Shown: positions 27,983 through 37,965 of the stretch, piece after piece
Layout of the letters: each line of letters starts with the position of its first letter
Position numbering within the stretch: the first letter of the stretch is position 1
Assembly (NCBI GenBank): GCA_021780375.1
Contig: JAJXYT010000014.1
Span: 1 to 61,443 of the forward strand
Direction: 5' to 3'
Length of the DNA: 61,443 nucleotides
Source of the DNA: a bacterium
GTDB taxonomy: Bacteria; Verrucomicrobiota; Verrucomicrobiia; Limisphaerales; UBA11358
Made by a program: the position numbers and the translations under genes
Notes under the pieces: generated by a model
Seen by the model: only the letters and a program-made list of their open reading frames with translations
Databases searched by the model: none
Told to the model about the DNA's origin: nothing

Positions 27983-29104
27983 TTATTTGGCTGAACCGCG
28001 TACCGTGGCTGCCTCGGCCAGTTGTTTTTCAACGAATTCCCCGAACACCGTCGGCTCATACGACCAATTTTTAAACATGGCCGGTCCTGCCGTGGCGCTG
28101 AAATTCCAAGCGGTCCACATCCGGATGTCATGTCTCTTCAGGTAACCCATCAACCGTTGTCCGTAAGCAGGGCCATTCGTGTTGGGAAAGGCCGGTCCGC
28201 CAAAACCCCATTCTCCCACATACACCGGATGTGTCAGGCTGATCTCGCCAAAGTTTTTGTCCCAATCTTTTTTGTTGGGATAGGGATGGGTTTCATAGAC
28301 GCAATTCGTGCCGGTGATGGCGTTGCCGGCCAACACGCCGCTCAGGTCATAGCCCCAATCCAGTCCGGCCACCGCCACGATATTTTGCGCACCGGTCGCG
28401 CGGACCGTGTCATAAAGCTGCTGCATGCCCACTGAATGGTATCGGGTTCGGGTCTGGTCGCGGTTCCAGTTCGGCGGGATGTCATCGACCCTGCCGCCAT
28501 GGCGCCAGACTGCCCAGGACACATCATGCGGTTCGTTGTAGAGTCCGAAGATGACGTTGGGATGGTTTTTATAGCGCGTGGCCAGATCGTGCCAGAAAAC
28601 CACGGAAATTTGATCCGGCATGTTGTGCTGGCCGAGGCGTCCGCCTTCGTTGACCCATTTGCCGCAGTCCGACCAGTGCAAATCCAAATCAATGTAAACC
28701 TGAGCGGCCGCGCAGGTGTCCACGAGATTATCCACCACGGCACGATAAGCCGCGCCACCGTCGTGCTGGTCTTTCATTTTGCCGAACCAGCGGTCCTGGG
28801 CCAGCGGCAGGCGGATCAGGTTTGCCTTCCAACCGTTGATGGCGCGGTTCACGGATTCCTGCACGTGGTCGCCGTCGGTTCGATATTCGAGCGACGCGAT
28901 GTTGACCCCGCAGAGCCGGACCGGCCGGTTATTGGCATCAAGCACCCGGGCGCCTTCGATGTGCAACGACATGGGTGCCAGGGCGGGAGCGTACGGGTGC
29001 GTCTGACTGGCCAGGAGTCCGGTTTCAGCCGGCTGGCCATTTCCCTTGCCGTAAAACAGGGTGCACCAGGCCAACACGGCAAACGATGTTTTAAGAAAGT
29101 TCAT
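27983..29104 (-). CDS. Secreted glycoside hydrolase family 5 (cellulase-like)
   Basis: ANLIRLPL, DLHW, acid/base YNEPH, HPY, nucleophile VGEWG. Confidence 0.9.
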   Translation of the reverse strand: MNFLKTSFAVLAWCTLFYGKGNGQPAETGLLASQTHPYAPALAPMSLHIEGARVLDANNRPVRLCGVNIASLEYRTDGDHVQESVNRAINGWKANLIRLPLAQDRWFGKMKDQHDGGAAYRAVVDNLVDTCAAAQVYIDLDLHWSDCGKWVNEGGRLGQHNMPDQISVVFWHDLATRYKNHPNVIFGLYNEPHDVSWAVWRHGGRVDDIPPNWNRDQTRTRYHSVGMQQLYDTVRATGAQNIVAVAGLDWGYDLSGVLAGNAITGTNCVYETHPYPNKKDWDKNFGEISLTHPVYVGEWGFGGPAFPNTNGPAYGQRLMGYLKRHDIRMWTAWNFSATAGPAMFKNWSYEPTVFGEFVEKQLAEAATVRGSAK

Positions 29105-29280
29105 GCTATGCCGGATCAAGCTTTAGCAGACGCCTTGTAACCATATCAAACGCAAACTTCCCGCAAGGCGGTCCGGTGAACCTCCAGCGCCCGCGCGCCG
29201 AAGCAAACCCGAATCACCTTTTCAATCAAACGCCTTCAATCACGGCAATGCGCTTTGAGGCCGACTCGCGGTGCATGAGG

Positions 29281-30474
29281 TTAAAGCTGTTCCGGTTTTG
29301 ACATCAAATCCGCGACGTGTTGCAGCAGCCGGCCCGCCGCGCCGCCGTCAATCACGCGATGATCGAAGCTCAACGTCATGTTTGCCTCCATGATCGGCAC
29401 GAACTGGCCTTTCACGGAATCCCAACTGGGCGCATGCCGGGCCGCGCCCATGCCCAACACGAGCGTTTGTTCCGGCAGCGGAATCGGCGTCGCCCATTCC
29501 AGGCCGAACGTGCCAAAATTGGTGACCGTGGCGATGGAACCGCCGGTGGCATCCGGCGGCAATTTGCGGTCGCGCGCCAGCTTGACCAGTTCATCGTATG
29601 GCGCAACCAACTCCTTCAAGAGCCGCTTGTCCGCGTTGCGAATGACGGGAACCAGCACGCCTTCTTCGGCCTCGACCGCAAAGGCGATGTCGATTGCAGA
29701 GGGATGGACAATCTTGTTTCCCACCAGACGGCCCGCCGGGGCGCTGTTTTCCGCCAGGGCCACCGCCAGCGCACGCAAGGCACAGAGGGCCGGGCCGGGT
29801 TTGGGCCGGGTCACTTTGCGGTAGGCAAAAAGCGGGTCGAGACAAACCGGCATGCCGACGTGCGCGATGGGTCGCGTCCAACTGCGCCGCATGGCGTCGG
29901 CCACGGCCACGCGCATCGTCGAAGCCTGGCTCATTTTTTGTTTCTCGAGATGGGCGATGAATTTTTCGAAATCTTCAACGGTCACGCGTCCCGCCGCGCC
30001 GCTGCCGGCGACGCCCGCGAGGTCGGCGGCGCTCAAACCCAGTTCCGTCATGCGCGCCTTGAGCCTTGGGGAAAGAAAGCTGGCGCCGGCGGCGTTCGCC
30101 GGCACGGGCAGGCCGCGCACGGTGGGCTGGACACCGCTCCAACTGCCGTTCCCGCCCCCCCGGGCAACGCGGTCGGTGTCGCCCGGTTTGGTGGGCACGG
30201 GAACATCCAAACCCAGCCGCGCGGCTTCTTCCGGGGTGGTTTCAATGCGGCCCAGCGTGGCGCCCACGGCGTAACTTTCATTCAGTTGCGCCGTGAAGTT
30301 TTCGACGCGTCCGCCGCAGGGCGACGTCACCGTCATGTTGGCCTTGTTGGTTTCCACTTCAATCAAATCCTGGCCCGCCTCGACGGTGTCGCCCGGCTTG
30401 ACCAGAAAGCCAATGATATTTGCCTCGGCGATGGATTCGCCGAGCTGCGGCATGATGATGGGAATCTGTGGCAT
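29281..30474 (-). CDS. 2-oxoacid dehydrogenase E2 (dihydrolipoamide acyltransferase)
   Basis: Lipoyl domain MPQLGESI...VETNKA, E3-binding GSGAAGRVT, catalytic FDHRVIDG. Confidence 0.93.
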   Translation of the reverse strand: MPQIPIIMPQLGESIAEANIIGFLVKPGDTVEAGQDLIEVETNKANMTVTSPCGGRVENFTAQLNESYAVGATLGRIETTPEEAARLGLDVPVPTKPGDTDRVARGGGNGSWSGVQPTVRGLPVPANAAGASFLSPRLKARMTELGLSAADLAGVAGSGAAGRVTVEDFEKFIAHLEKQKMSQASTMRVAVADAMRRSWTRPIAHVGMPVCLDPLFAYRKVTRPKPGPALCALRALAVALAENSAPAGRLVGNKIVHPSAIDIAFAVEAEEGVLVPVIRNADKRLLKELVAPYDELVKLARDRKLPPDATGGSIATVTNFGTFGLEWATPIPLPEQTLVLGMGAARHAPSWDSVKGQFVPIMEANMTLSFDHRVIDGGAAGRLLQHVADLMSKPEQL

Positions 30475-30480
30475 AATTGT

Positions 30481-31446
30481 TCAAAGCCGCAGGAGTTTCC
30501 TGGCGGCGGCGGCAATGGCGCGTGCCGTCGGGCGATGGGCCGCCCACAAATTCGGGTGATACGGCACAGGAGTGTCCTTGGCGTTGAGCCGTTGCGGCGG
30601 CGCGTCGAGCAAGCCATAGCCTTCGCTCGTCACGCGCGCGATGATTTCCGCCGTCACCCCCCCCCAGGACCAGGCTTCACCGACGCAGAGCAATCGCCCC
30701 GTGCGCGCCACGCTGGCCATCACCGTGTCGGTGTCCATCGGCTTCACGGAACGCAAGTCCACCACTTCCACTTCCCAGCCTTCGGGCGCGAGTTCCTTTG
30801 CCGCTTCCAGCGCCTCGTGCACCATGGCGCTGTAGGTGACGACGGTCATGTCCCGGCCTTCACGCGCGATGCGGGCCTTGCCGACGGGCAGGGCTTCGCT
30901 GGGCAATTTTTCGGCCTTAAGATGGTAATAAAGAAATTTGTGCTCGCAGAAAATCACCGGGTCGTCAATCGCCACCGCTTCCAGCAACATGCTGTAGGCA
31001 TCCTCGACCGTGGCGGGCGTCAGCACGATCAGTCCCGGGTAATGCGCATAAACCGTTTCCATGCACTGGCTGTGAAACGGGCCGCTGCCCGACGTGCCGC
31101 CAAACGGCAGGCGCACCGTGACCGGACAGGGTACGTTCGTCCGCCAGAAAAGAGTCGCTGCCTGGTTGACGATCTGGTTGAAACCGACGGTGGAGAAATC
31201 CGCGAATTGCATTTCCACAATCGGCCGCAGGCCTTCAATCGCCGCGCCGACAGCCAGGCCCATAATGGCATCCTCGCTGATGGGTGAATCCAGGACCCGG
31301 CCGGGAAATTCCCTGGCCAGATTTTTCGTGGCCTTGTGCGCGCCGCCGAAGACGCCGACATCCTGTCCATAGATGAATACCCGCGGATCGTCGCGCAGGG
31401 CATGTGCCTGCGCTTCACGGATGGCTTCGAGGTAGGTGACGCTCAT
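30481..31446 (-). CDS. 2-oxoacid dehydrogenase E1 beta subunit
   Basis: GQDVGVFGG, DSPISE, EMQFADF, GPFHSQ, EVVDLRS. Confidence 0.95.
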   Translation of the reverse strand: MSVTYLEAIREAQAHALRDDPRVFIYGQDVGVFGGAHKATKNLAREFPGRVLDSPISEDAIMGLAVGAAIEGLRPIVEMQFADFSTVGFNQIVNQAATLFWRTNVPCPVTVRLPFGGTSGSGPFHSQCMETVYAHYPGLIVLTPATVEDAYSMLLEAVAIDDPVIFCEHKFLYYHLKAEKLPSEALPVGKARIAREGRDMTVVTYSAMVHEALEAAKELAPEGWEVEVVDLRSVKPMDTDTVMASVARTGRLLCVGEAWSWGGVTAEIIARVTSEGYGLLDAPPQRLNAKDTPVPYHPNLWAAHRPTARAIAAAARKLLRL

Positions 31447-31452
31447 GCCGGA

Positions 31453-32493
31453 TTAATTTTCGCTTTCGTCGTGGGTTTCGCTCAATTGTTTTGAAGAAAT
31501 CGCGCGCCATTCCTCGGCAAAAGGGTCGGGCGCGGGCTCACGCTGGACCTGGGCAATGACTTGCTCAATTTCATGAATGGCCTCGCTGCGCCAGGCGGTC
31601 AGCGTGGCGGACTCCGCCCATTTTTGCCGGAGCAGATGTTCCTCGGCCACCTTCAGGCAGTCGCGTCCCGCCGGCGTTTTTTTCAGCTTCGGATCAATGT
31701 AACCGGCATCGTCGTGCTCGCCATGGCCGCACAGCCGGAGCAACGTGGCCACGACCATTTGCGGTCCGCGGCCCGCCCGGGCCCGGGCAACCGCCCGGCC
31801 GACGGTTTTCAAACACGCGTCCAAATCAGTGCCATCGACGGACCCCGCCTCGACGCCGTAGCCGACCGCCTTGTCCGCGAGGTCGCGGCAGGCGAACTGG
31901 CGTGAGGTCGGCGTGGAATAGGCGTATTGATTGTTGGCCACAATCAATACGAGCGGCAATTTTTCCACCGCCGCCTGATTGAGTGCTTCGTGGAATGCCC
32001 CGGTGGAGGTCGCGCCGTCGCCGACGCTGGCGACGCCGACCGTGCCGGGGATTTTTTTAAATCGGCGCGCCAGCAGGATGCCGTTGACGACGGAAATCAT
32101 CGCGCCGAGATGGCTGATCATCGGCAAATAACCTTCCTTCGGTTTGCCGCGGTGGACGTTGCCATCACGTCCGCGCATCGGCCCCAGCGCCGAGCCCAGA
32201 TAGGTGCGCGCGGCGTCCAGGACCGTTTCGCCAAAGGCCAGCCGCCCCGCGGCGTCCCGAATCAATGGCGCAAACACGTCGCCTTTTTTCAGGGAGACAC
32301 CGGCCGCCGCACTCAAGGCTTCCTGGCCGCGTCCCAGGAAGACGCCGCCATGAATTCTGCCGGAGCGCCAAAGCGCGGCAAATTTGTCGTCCAACAACCG
32401 CGCCAGCAACATGAAGCGGTAGGCGGCCAGATACGTTTCGCGAAACAAGGCCGTGTTTTCCGCCGTGCCGGGCTCAAGCACCGTTTGCAGCAT
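31453..32493 (-). CDS. 2-oxoacid dehydrogenase E1 alpha subunit (TPP-dependent)
   Basis: GQEA, TPP motif GDGATSTGAFHEALN...NNQYAYST, R..GH..HD. Confidence 0.93.
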   Translation of the reverse strand: MLQTVLEPGTAENTALFRETYLAAYRFMLLARLLDDKFAALWRSGRIHGGVFLGRGQEALSAAAGVSLKKGDVFAPLIRDAAGRLAFGETVLDAARTYLGSALGPMRGRDGNVHRGKPKEGYLPMISHLGAMISVVNGILLARRFKKIPGTVGVASVGDGATSTGAFHEALNQAAVEKLPLVLIVANNQYAYSTPTSRQFACRDLADKAVGYGVEAGSVDGTDLDACLKTVGRAVARARAGRGPQMVVATLLRLCGHGEHDDAGYIDPKLKKTPAGRDCLKVAEEHLLRQKWAESATLTAWRSEAIHEIEQVIAQVQREPAPDPFAEEWRAISSKQLSETHDESEN

Positions 32494-32660
32494 GGGTGGA
32501 TTTTACCGCCAAATCCCTGTGCCAGCAACGTTTCTTTCGGCATTGGAAATGCGGTAAATAAAAAAACGGGTTGGCCAAAACGGCAAAACTGATGTTGAAT
32601 AGGCGGACTGAGGCAGAGCGTCCTTAAAATAGACATCACAAATCAATTAAAGTCGTCGTC

Positions 32661-35108
32661 ATGAGACAAGCCGCAGCTCAAATTTTTCTGGTTGGCAACA
32701 ATCCGGAATTGCTGGCGACGTTGTCCGAGTTGCTGCGGGCGGACGATATCGCCATCCGGCTGGCGCCGTCCGGTGACGGGATCTTTGAACTGCTTCGCGA
32801 CCAGCCCCCCGAACTGATTCTGCTGGATGTTGCGGAAATGGAATTGCTGCAGGAACTCAAGGAGGTCCCGGCGACCCAAACCGTTCCCGTCATTGTGTTC
32901 ATCGCCGCGGATGCGCCGGCGGAGAAGATTCGCGCGTTTGAATTGGGCGCGCACGACTGTGTGAGCCGGCCGTTTGAGGTCGCGGAACTCCGTGCCCGCC
33001 TCTACGCCGCGTTGAATATCAAGCGGCAGTTTGGCGATTTGCTCCAGCGTCAGCGCGAGTTGATGTCCGCCCGGATCGCCGCCGAATCCGCCGCGCGCGC
33101 GAAAGCGGATTTTCTGGCGGCCATGAGCCATGAAATCCGCACGCCGATGAACGGCGTCGTGGCGATGGTGGGTCTGCTGCTCGAAACGCAATTGACCGCC
33201 GAGCAGCGGGGTTATCTGGAAACGATTCATGCGAGCAGCGAGGCTTTGCTCACCATCATCAATGACATCCTCGATTTTTCAAAAATTGAAGCCGGCAAAC
33301 TGGAACTGGATTTGCGGCCGTTCGACCTGCGCGCGTGCGTGGAGGAAACGCTGGACTTGATGGCCGCGAAGGCATTCGAGAAGAATCTGGACCTGGTTTA
33401 TCAGATGGACGACGAGATTGTTTCTCTGGTGGAAGGCGACGCCTTGCGCCTGCGCCAGGTCCTGGTGAATCTTTTGAGCAACGGCATCAAGTTCACCAAG
33501 GCCGGCGAGATCCTGGTGCAAATCAAATTGCTTTCAGCCAGGGAGGAGGAGAAACAAAATCGCTCCCTGTTGCACCTCCATTTTTCCGTGCGGGACACGG
33601 GGATTGGCATTCCGCCGGACCGCCTGGCGCGTTTGTTCAAACCCTTCACCCAGGCCGACCCCTCCACGGCGCATCGTTATGGCGGCACGGGACTGGGCCT
33701 GGCCATCAGCAAACAACTGGTCGAATTGATGGGCGGCAAAATGTGGGCGGAGAGCGTGGCGGGTGAAGGCTCAACCTTCCACTTCACCATCAATGTTCTG
33801 GCCCGACCGCAAACCGCCCCGCACCCGCTGGCGGGCCGGCAGGATAAATTGGCGGGTCGGCGGGTGTTGATTGTGGACGACAACGCCACCTGCCGCCGGG
33901 TGCTGGCCGAGCAGGCGACCCGGTGGGGAATGATTCCCCGCGACGCCGGGGACGCGCAGCAGGCAATGAATTTCCTTCGCGAAGGCAACCCGTTTGACGT
34001 GGCGATTCTCGACGCGCAATTGCCGGGCATGGACGGGCTTACTCTGGCGGCCGAAATTCATCAGTTGCCGAAGGCGGCGACATTGCCCGTGGTGTTGCTC
34101 ACGCCGCTCGGCGCGCGCCTGGAAGCGCCCGCCACGACGCCCGTCCCATGCGTGGCTTTCACCGTCAAGCCCGTCAAACCAGCGCAATTTTTTGAGACCG
34201 TCACCCGCGCTTTTTCCGGCATTAAACCCGCGCCCGTGCCGCAGCCCGTGCCGACACCGGTTGAGGCCAAAGGAACCTTTGCCAGCCGCCAGCCGTCGCG
34301 CATATTATTGTGCGACGACAACGCCATCAATCAGAAGGTTGCCGTACGCATTTTGCAGCAGTTGGGCTACCAGCCGGACCTGGCCGCCAACGGCCGGGAA
34401 GCACTCGACGCGCTTGACCGGAAGCCCTATGATTTGATTTTTATGGACGTGATGATGCCGGAAATGGACGGCTTGGAAGCGACCCGCGCGATTCGCGAGT
34501 TCCAAAAAGCCGGCGGGAAGGCCAATTTCAACTCCCGCATTGTCATCGTGGCCATGACGGCGCAGGCGATGCAGGGCGACCGGGAGAAATGCATCGCCGC
34601 GGGCATGGACGATTACCTTGCCAAGCCCATCCGCCCGAAGGATGTCCGTGCCCTTATCGAGCGCTGGAGTTCGGAGCTGAGTTCGCCGGCCTCAGCCCAA
34701 CCCGTGCTCCCGCCCGTCGCGGAGCCGCCGGAGGCGGAAGAATCGCCGGTGGAAATGGATCGGCTGATGGATTTGGGCGGCGGGAGCGCGGAAAGCCTTC
34801 GCGAGTTGGTGGAACTTTACTTCAAACAGACCACCGGGCAGCTCGCGCAATTGGAAACGGCGGTTCAGGCGAACAAAGCCGAGGAAGTGCGCCAGGTGGC
34901 GCACAGTTGCGCCGGCGCCAGCGCCACCCTGGGCATGCGGCGGCTGGTGCCGTTGTTACGGGAATTAGAGCGGCAGGGCAAGGCCGGCCGGTTGACCAAC
35001 GCGCAACAACTGTGCGCGGACGCCCGGCGCGAATTCAGACGCACCCGGGATTTCCTGGTGAAGCATCCGGCCCTGAGCGGGACGGTCGCGACCACGGTTC
35101 ACTCATGA
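32661..35108 (+). CDS. Cytoplasmic hybrid histidine kinase (REC-HisKA-HATPase-REC-REC-Hpt)
   Basis: FLAAMSHEIRTPMNG, NGIKFT, DTGIG, GGTGLGL, two C-terminal receivers, Hpt AHSCAGASATLG; no TM segment. Confidence 0.94.
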   Translation: MRQAAAQIFLVGNNPELLATLSELLRADDIAIRLAPSGDGIFELLRDQPPELILLDVAEMELLQELKEVPATQTVPVIVFIAADAPAEKIRAFELGAHDCVSRPFEVAELRARLYAALNIKRQFGDLLQRQRELMSARIAAESAARAKADFLAAMSHEIRTPMNGVVAMVGLLLETQLTAEQRGYLETIHASSEALLTIINDILDFSKIEAGKLELDLRPFDLRACVEETLDLMAAKAFEKNLDLVYQMDDEIVSLVEGDALRLRQVLVNLLSNGIKFTKAGEILVQIKLLSAREEEKQNRSLLHLHFSVRDTGIGIPPDRLARLFKPFTQADPSTAHRYGGTGLGLAISKQLVELMGGKMWAESVAGEGSTFHFTINVLARPQTAPHPLAGRQDKLAGRRVLIVDDNATCRRVLAEQATRWGMIPRDAGDAQQAMNFLREGNPFDVAILDAQLPGMDGLTLAAEIHQLPKAATLPVVLLTPLGARLEAPATTPVPCVAFTVKPVKPAQFFETVTRAFSGIKPAPVPQPVPTPVEAKGTFASRQPSRILLCDDNAINQKVAVRILQQLGYQPDLAANGREALDALDRKPYDLIFMDVMMPEMDGLEATRAIREFQKAGGKANFNSRIVIVAMTAQAMQGDREKCIAAGMDDYLAKPIRPKDVRALIERWSSELSSPASAQPVLPPVAEPPEAEESPVEMDRLMDLGGGSAESLRELVELYFKQTTGQLAQLETAVQANKAEEVRQVAHSCAGASATLGMRRLVPLLRELERQGKAGRLTNAQQLCADARREFRRTRDFLVKHPALSGTVATTVHS

Positions 35109-36289
35109 AAAAAGTTCTCATCATCGAAGACGATCAAATCATTGCGAACATTTACCGGAATAAATTCGCGATCGAAGGTTATCAGGCGGAAGTCGCGTTC
35201 GACGGCGAAAGCGGCTTGAAAACCATGCGGACGTTTCAGCCCGACATCATGCTCCTGGATCTCATTCTGCCCCAGATGTCGGGGGTTGATCTCATCAAAA
35301 GGGTCCGCAGCGAGGCGGATTTCGCCAAATTGCCCATCATTGTTTTTTCCAACACTTACCTGACCAACCTGATCCAGGAAGCCTGGAAGGCGGGCGCCAG
35401 CAAATGCCTGTCCAAGACCAATTGCACGCCCAAGGACGTCCTGGACGTCGTCCGCCAGGCCATCGGCGACAGCGGCTCCATCCCGCGCGGCCCCGCCGTG
35501 CGGACGACCGCGACCCCTTCCGCCCGGCCTAATTTCACCGATACCGAGGGGGACACAAAATTTCTGACCGAACTGCGGACGGCGTTCATTGAAAGCGAAC
35601 CGGCCACCCTGGCGGCGTTGCGCAGCAATTTGCAAAGCCTCATCAAGGCGGATGACGAAACCAATCAGCTCAAGTGCATCCACGAGCTTTACCGCCGCAC
35701 TCATGCGCTGGCCGGCAACGCCGGCCTCGCCGGATTCATTTATGTCTCCCAAATGTCCGCCGCCGTGGAGGCGCTGCTCAAGGAGCTTTACGAAAAACCG
35801 AATAGCATCAATACCTCCACTCTGCGCACCGTGGCCGCGGCCGTGGATTTTCTCGGCTTTCTCTTCGAACGCGGCAAGAAGCCGGATAATCCGGACCCGC
35901 CCGCCATCAACATCCTCGTGGTGGACGACGAGCCGATTTCCCAACGCGCCGTGGTTTACGCCCTGGAAAAGGCGCAGTTGCCTTCCACCAGCACCGCCGA
36001 TCCCAACGCCGCCCTGAATTTGCTGACAGAGAAAAGGTTCGACCTCGTCTTCCTGGACGTGGACATGCCGGGCATGACCGGTTTTGAACTCTGCACCAAG
36101 CTGCGTGCCATGCCGCAGTACAAGAAAACCCCCGTCGTCTTTGTCACCGCGCTCAGTGACTTCGACAGCCGCACCAGTTCCATGATGGCCGGCGGCAATG
36201 ATTTCATCGCCAAGCCGTTTCTTTTCATCGAACTCACCGTCAAGGCCCTCATCCACGTCCTGCGCGCCCGATTGCAGCCGGCGAAGTAA
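35105..36289 (+). CDS. Response regulator REC-Hpt-REC
   Basis: Real start at ATG 35105 (ATGA overlap): MKKVLIIEDD...LDLILP; central THALAGNAG; second receiver ILVVDD...LDVDMP...KP. Confidence 0.88.
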   Translation: MKKVLIIEDDQIIANIYRNKFAIEGYQAEVAFDGESGLKTMRTFQPDIMLLDLILPQMSGVDLIKRVRSEADFAKLPIIVFSNTYLTNLIQEAWKAGASKCLSKTNCTPKDVLDVVRQAIGDSGSIPRGPAVRTTATPSARPNFTDTEGDTKFLTELRTAFIESEPATLAALRSNLQSLIKADDETNQLKCIHELYRRTHALAGNAGLAGFIYVSQMSAAVEALLKELYEKPNSINTSTLRTVAAAVDFLGFLFERGKKPDNPDPPAINILVVDDEPISQRAVVYALEKAQLPSTSTADPNAALNLLTEKRFDLVFLDVDMPGMTGFELCTKLRAMPQYKKTPVVFVTALSDFDSRTSSMMAGGNDFIAKPFLFIELTVKALIHVLRARLQPAK

Positions 36290-36376
36290 AAATCAATGCA
36301 CGCAAAAAGCCAATGTCCGACCGCAAAAATGCGGCCGACTCATTGTTAGCCCGCAAGAGAGCTTTGAGTTTTTTTC

Positions 36377-37234
36377 CTAACCCGCAATTGACGCGCTGAA
36401 CATTTCTTTGGCGATGACGCCGTCGGCCACTTTGGCCACCGAGCCGGTCATTCGAATCGCATAATCCTCGCCAATCTCGATCTCAATGATGCCGCCGGGC
36501 ATGTGGACGGAAATCTCGCGGTCACACAGGCCGAGCCGGTGTGCCACCGCCGCCGCGGCGCTGCTGCTGCTGCCGCTTGCCAGCGTGTAACCGGCGCCGC
36601 GCTCCCAGATTTCAATCTGGATGTTGTTGCGGTCCATCACCCTCATGAATTGCACGTTGGTGCGGTTGGGAAAACGCAGGTGCGTTTCCAGCAGCGGGCC
36701 CATCTGCTTCGCTATTTCCGGGCTGATTCTGGGCATCGGCAGCACGCAATGCGGATTGCCCACGGTGGCTGCGCAGAAGTTGAATCGTTCCCCGCGCAGG
36801 TGAATCGGTTCATTGATGACCTCCCGGCGCGGTCCGGCCACGGGAATTTCGTCACTCCAGAAACTGACCTTGCCCATCTCCACGCGCACCACCTTGCCGC
36901 GTTCCGTTACCGTGGCTCTCACCAGGCCGCCGGCGGTTTCGACGGCGAATTCGTCCTTGCCCACCAGTTTCTTGTCCCACAGGTAACGCGAAAAAATCCG
37001 CAGGCCGTTGCCGCTCTTTTCCGCCTCGCTGCCGTCGGGATTGTAAATGCGCACCGCAAACTTCGCCGTTTTGGAGGGCAGGGGGCCGAGCAGGATGCCG
37101 TCCGAGCCGACGCCGTAATTGCGATGGCAAATCGTCCTGACCTGCGCGGCCGTCAGCGGTGACGGCAGGTTCTTCGGGTTAATGATGATGTAATCATTGC
37201 CCAACCCGTGATATTTGGTAAAGGCCCACAGCAT
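36377..37234 (-). CDS. dapF: Diaminopimelate epimerase family protein (Ser/Ser active-site variant)
   Basis: FTKYHGLGNDY, GVGSDG, NPDGSEAEKSGNGLR, VGNPHCV, TNVQF, WERGAGYTLASGS. Confidence 0.9.
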   Translation of the reverse strand: MLWAFTKYHGLGNDYIIINPKNLPSPLTAAQVRTICHRNYGVGSDGILLGPLPSKTAKFAVRIYNPDGSEAEKSGNGLRIFSRYLWDKKLVGKDEFAVETAGGLVRATVTERGKVVRVEMGKVSFWSDEIPVAGPRREVINEPIHLRGERFNFCAATVGNPHCVLPMPRISPEIAKQMGPLLETHLRFPNRTNVQFMRVMDRNNIQIEIWERGAGYTLASGSSSSAAAAVAHRLGLCDREISVHMPGGIIEIEIGEDYAIRMTGSVAKVADGVIAKEMFSASIAG

Positions 37235-37294
37235 GAGTCCAGCATACCGCGCCGGACGCGAAGCGCAAAACAGAATGACGGAACATTTCTACCC

Positions 37295-37512
37295 GGTGGG
37301 GCGGGCGTCCTCGCGAGCCGGGGCCTGGCACACAGAAAAAACAGAGCGGCTCGTCAGTAGTTTCCTGTTCCGGGTTGAACTGTCCATGGAACATGAACCG
37401 CATAGTCATGGTGCAGGCGCCCTCGCCTGCGGGCCCAGCCCGGCGTCCCGCCGGGTGTTCCTTTCCGACAGCGAGACGCTGTCGGAACCCGCCGTCGGGA
37501 CGACTGCGCTAC
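37295..37512. repeat. Cluster of REP-like palindromes
   Basis: GGTGGGGCGGGCGTCCTCGCGAGCCG...CGGCTCGTCAGTAG (related to 40174-40271), then three hairpins GCAGGCG/CGCCTGC, CCCGGCG/CGCCGGG, TTCCGACAGCG/CGCTGTCGGAA ending in GCGCTAC. Confidence 0.65.
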
Positions 37513-37587
37513 GAACCGGTTCATGGATAGCCTCGCCCGCCAAACCGTGCGGCGCGAATGTGTCGCCCCACTCAGTAACCCGCAGGT

Positions 37588-37953
37588 TCATCCGCCCATT
37601 TTGCTATTCCGTTTCTCTTCCTCCAGATGAAATTTGTGAAGGAACCGGTGGAACACCGGCGCAAAAACAACTCCGAGACTCGTGAGAAATGCCAGCCCGC
37701 TGAACAGGGCGTAGCAACCGGCGAAAATCTTGCCGCCATCGGTTTGCAGCGAGGATACCGGCCCCATGCCGGACAGAATCATCGCCGCGTTGACAAAGGC
37801 GTCCACCCACGACATTGGTTCGAAGGCACGGTAACCGACCATCCCGATGCCGAGCGCAAACGCGACAAGCAGCAGGGCGGCAGCCGCGTTCCGGGCCAGG
37901 CGCGCGTAAAACTGCCGGCGCGGCAACAACGGTTTTGAGCGATGCTCAAACAT
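37588..37953 (-). CDS. Small 2-TM protein resembling a K+ channel pore domain
   Basis: TM-GY..FE.MSWVDAF..A.MILSGMGP....TDGGKIFAG.Y-TM architecture. Confidence 0.78.
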   Translation of the reverse strand: MFEHRSKPLLPRRQFYARLARNAAAALLLVAFALGIGMVGYRAFEPMSWVDAFVNAAMILSGMGPVSSLQTDGGKIFAGCYALFSGLAFLTSLGVVFAPVFHRFLHKFHLEEEKRNSKMGG

Positions 37954-37965
37954 GTCAGATTCAGG

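Noticed and set aside
29281-32493. Missing E3 (lpdA) in the 2-oxoacid dehydrogenase cluster
   Set aside because: E3 is commonly shared and encoded elsewhere; substrate specificity also cannot be assigned by eye.
34589-35104. N-terminal 172-aa extension of the response-regulator ORF
   Set aside because: It overlaps the kinase in another frame; the real start is ATG 35105 (ATGA coupling).
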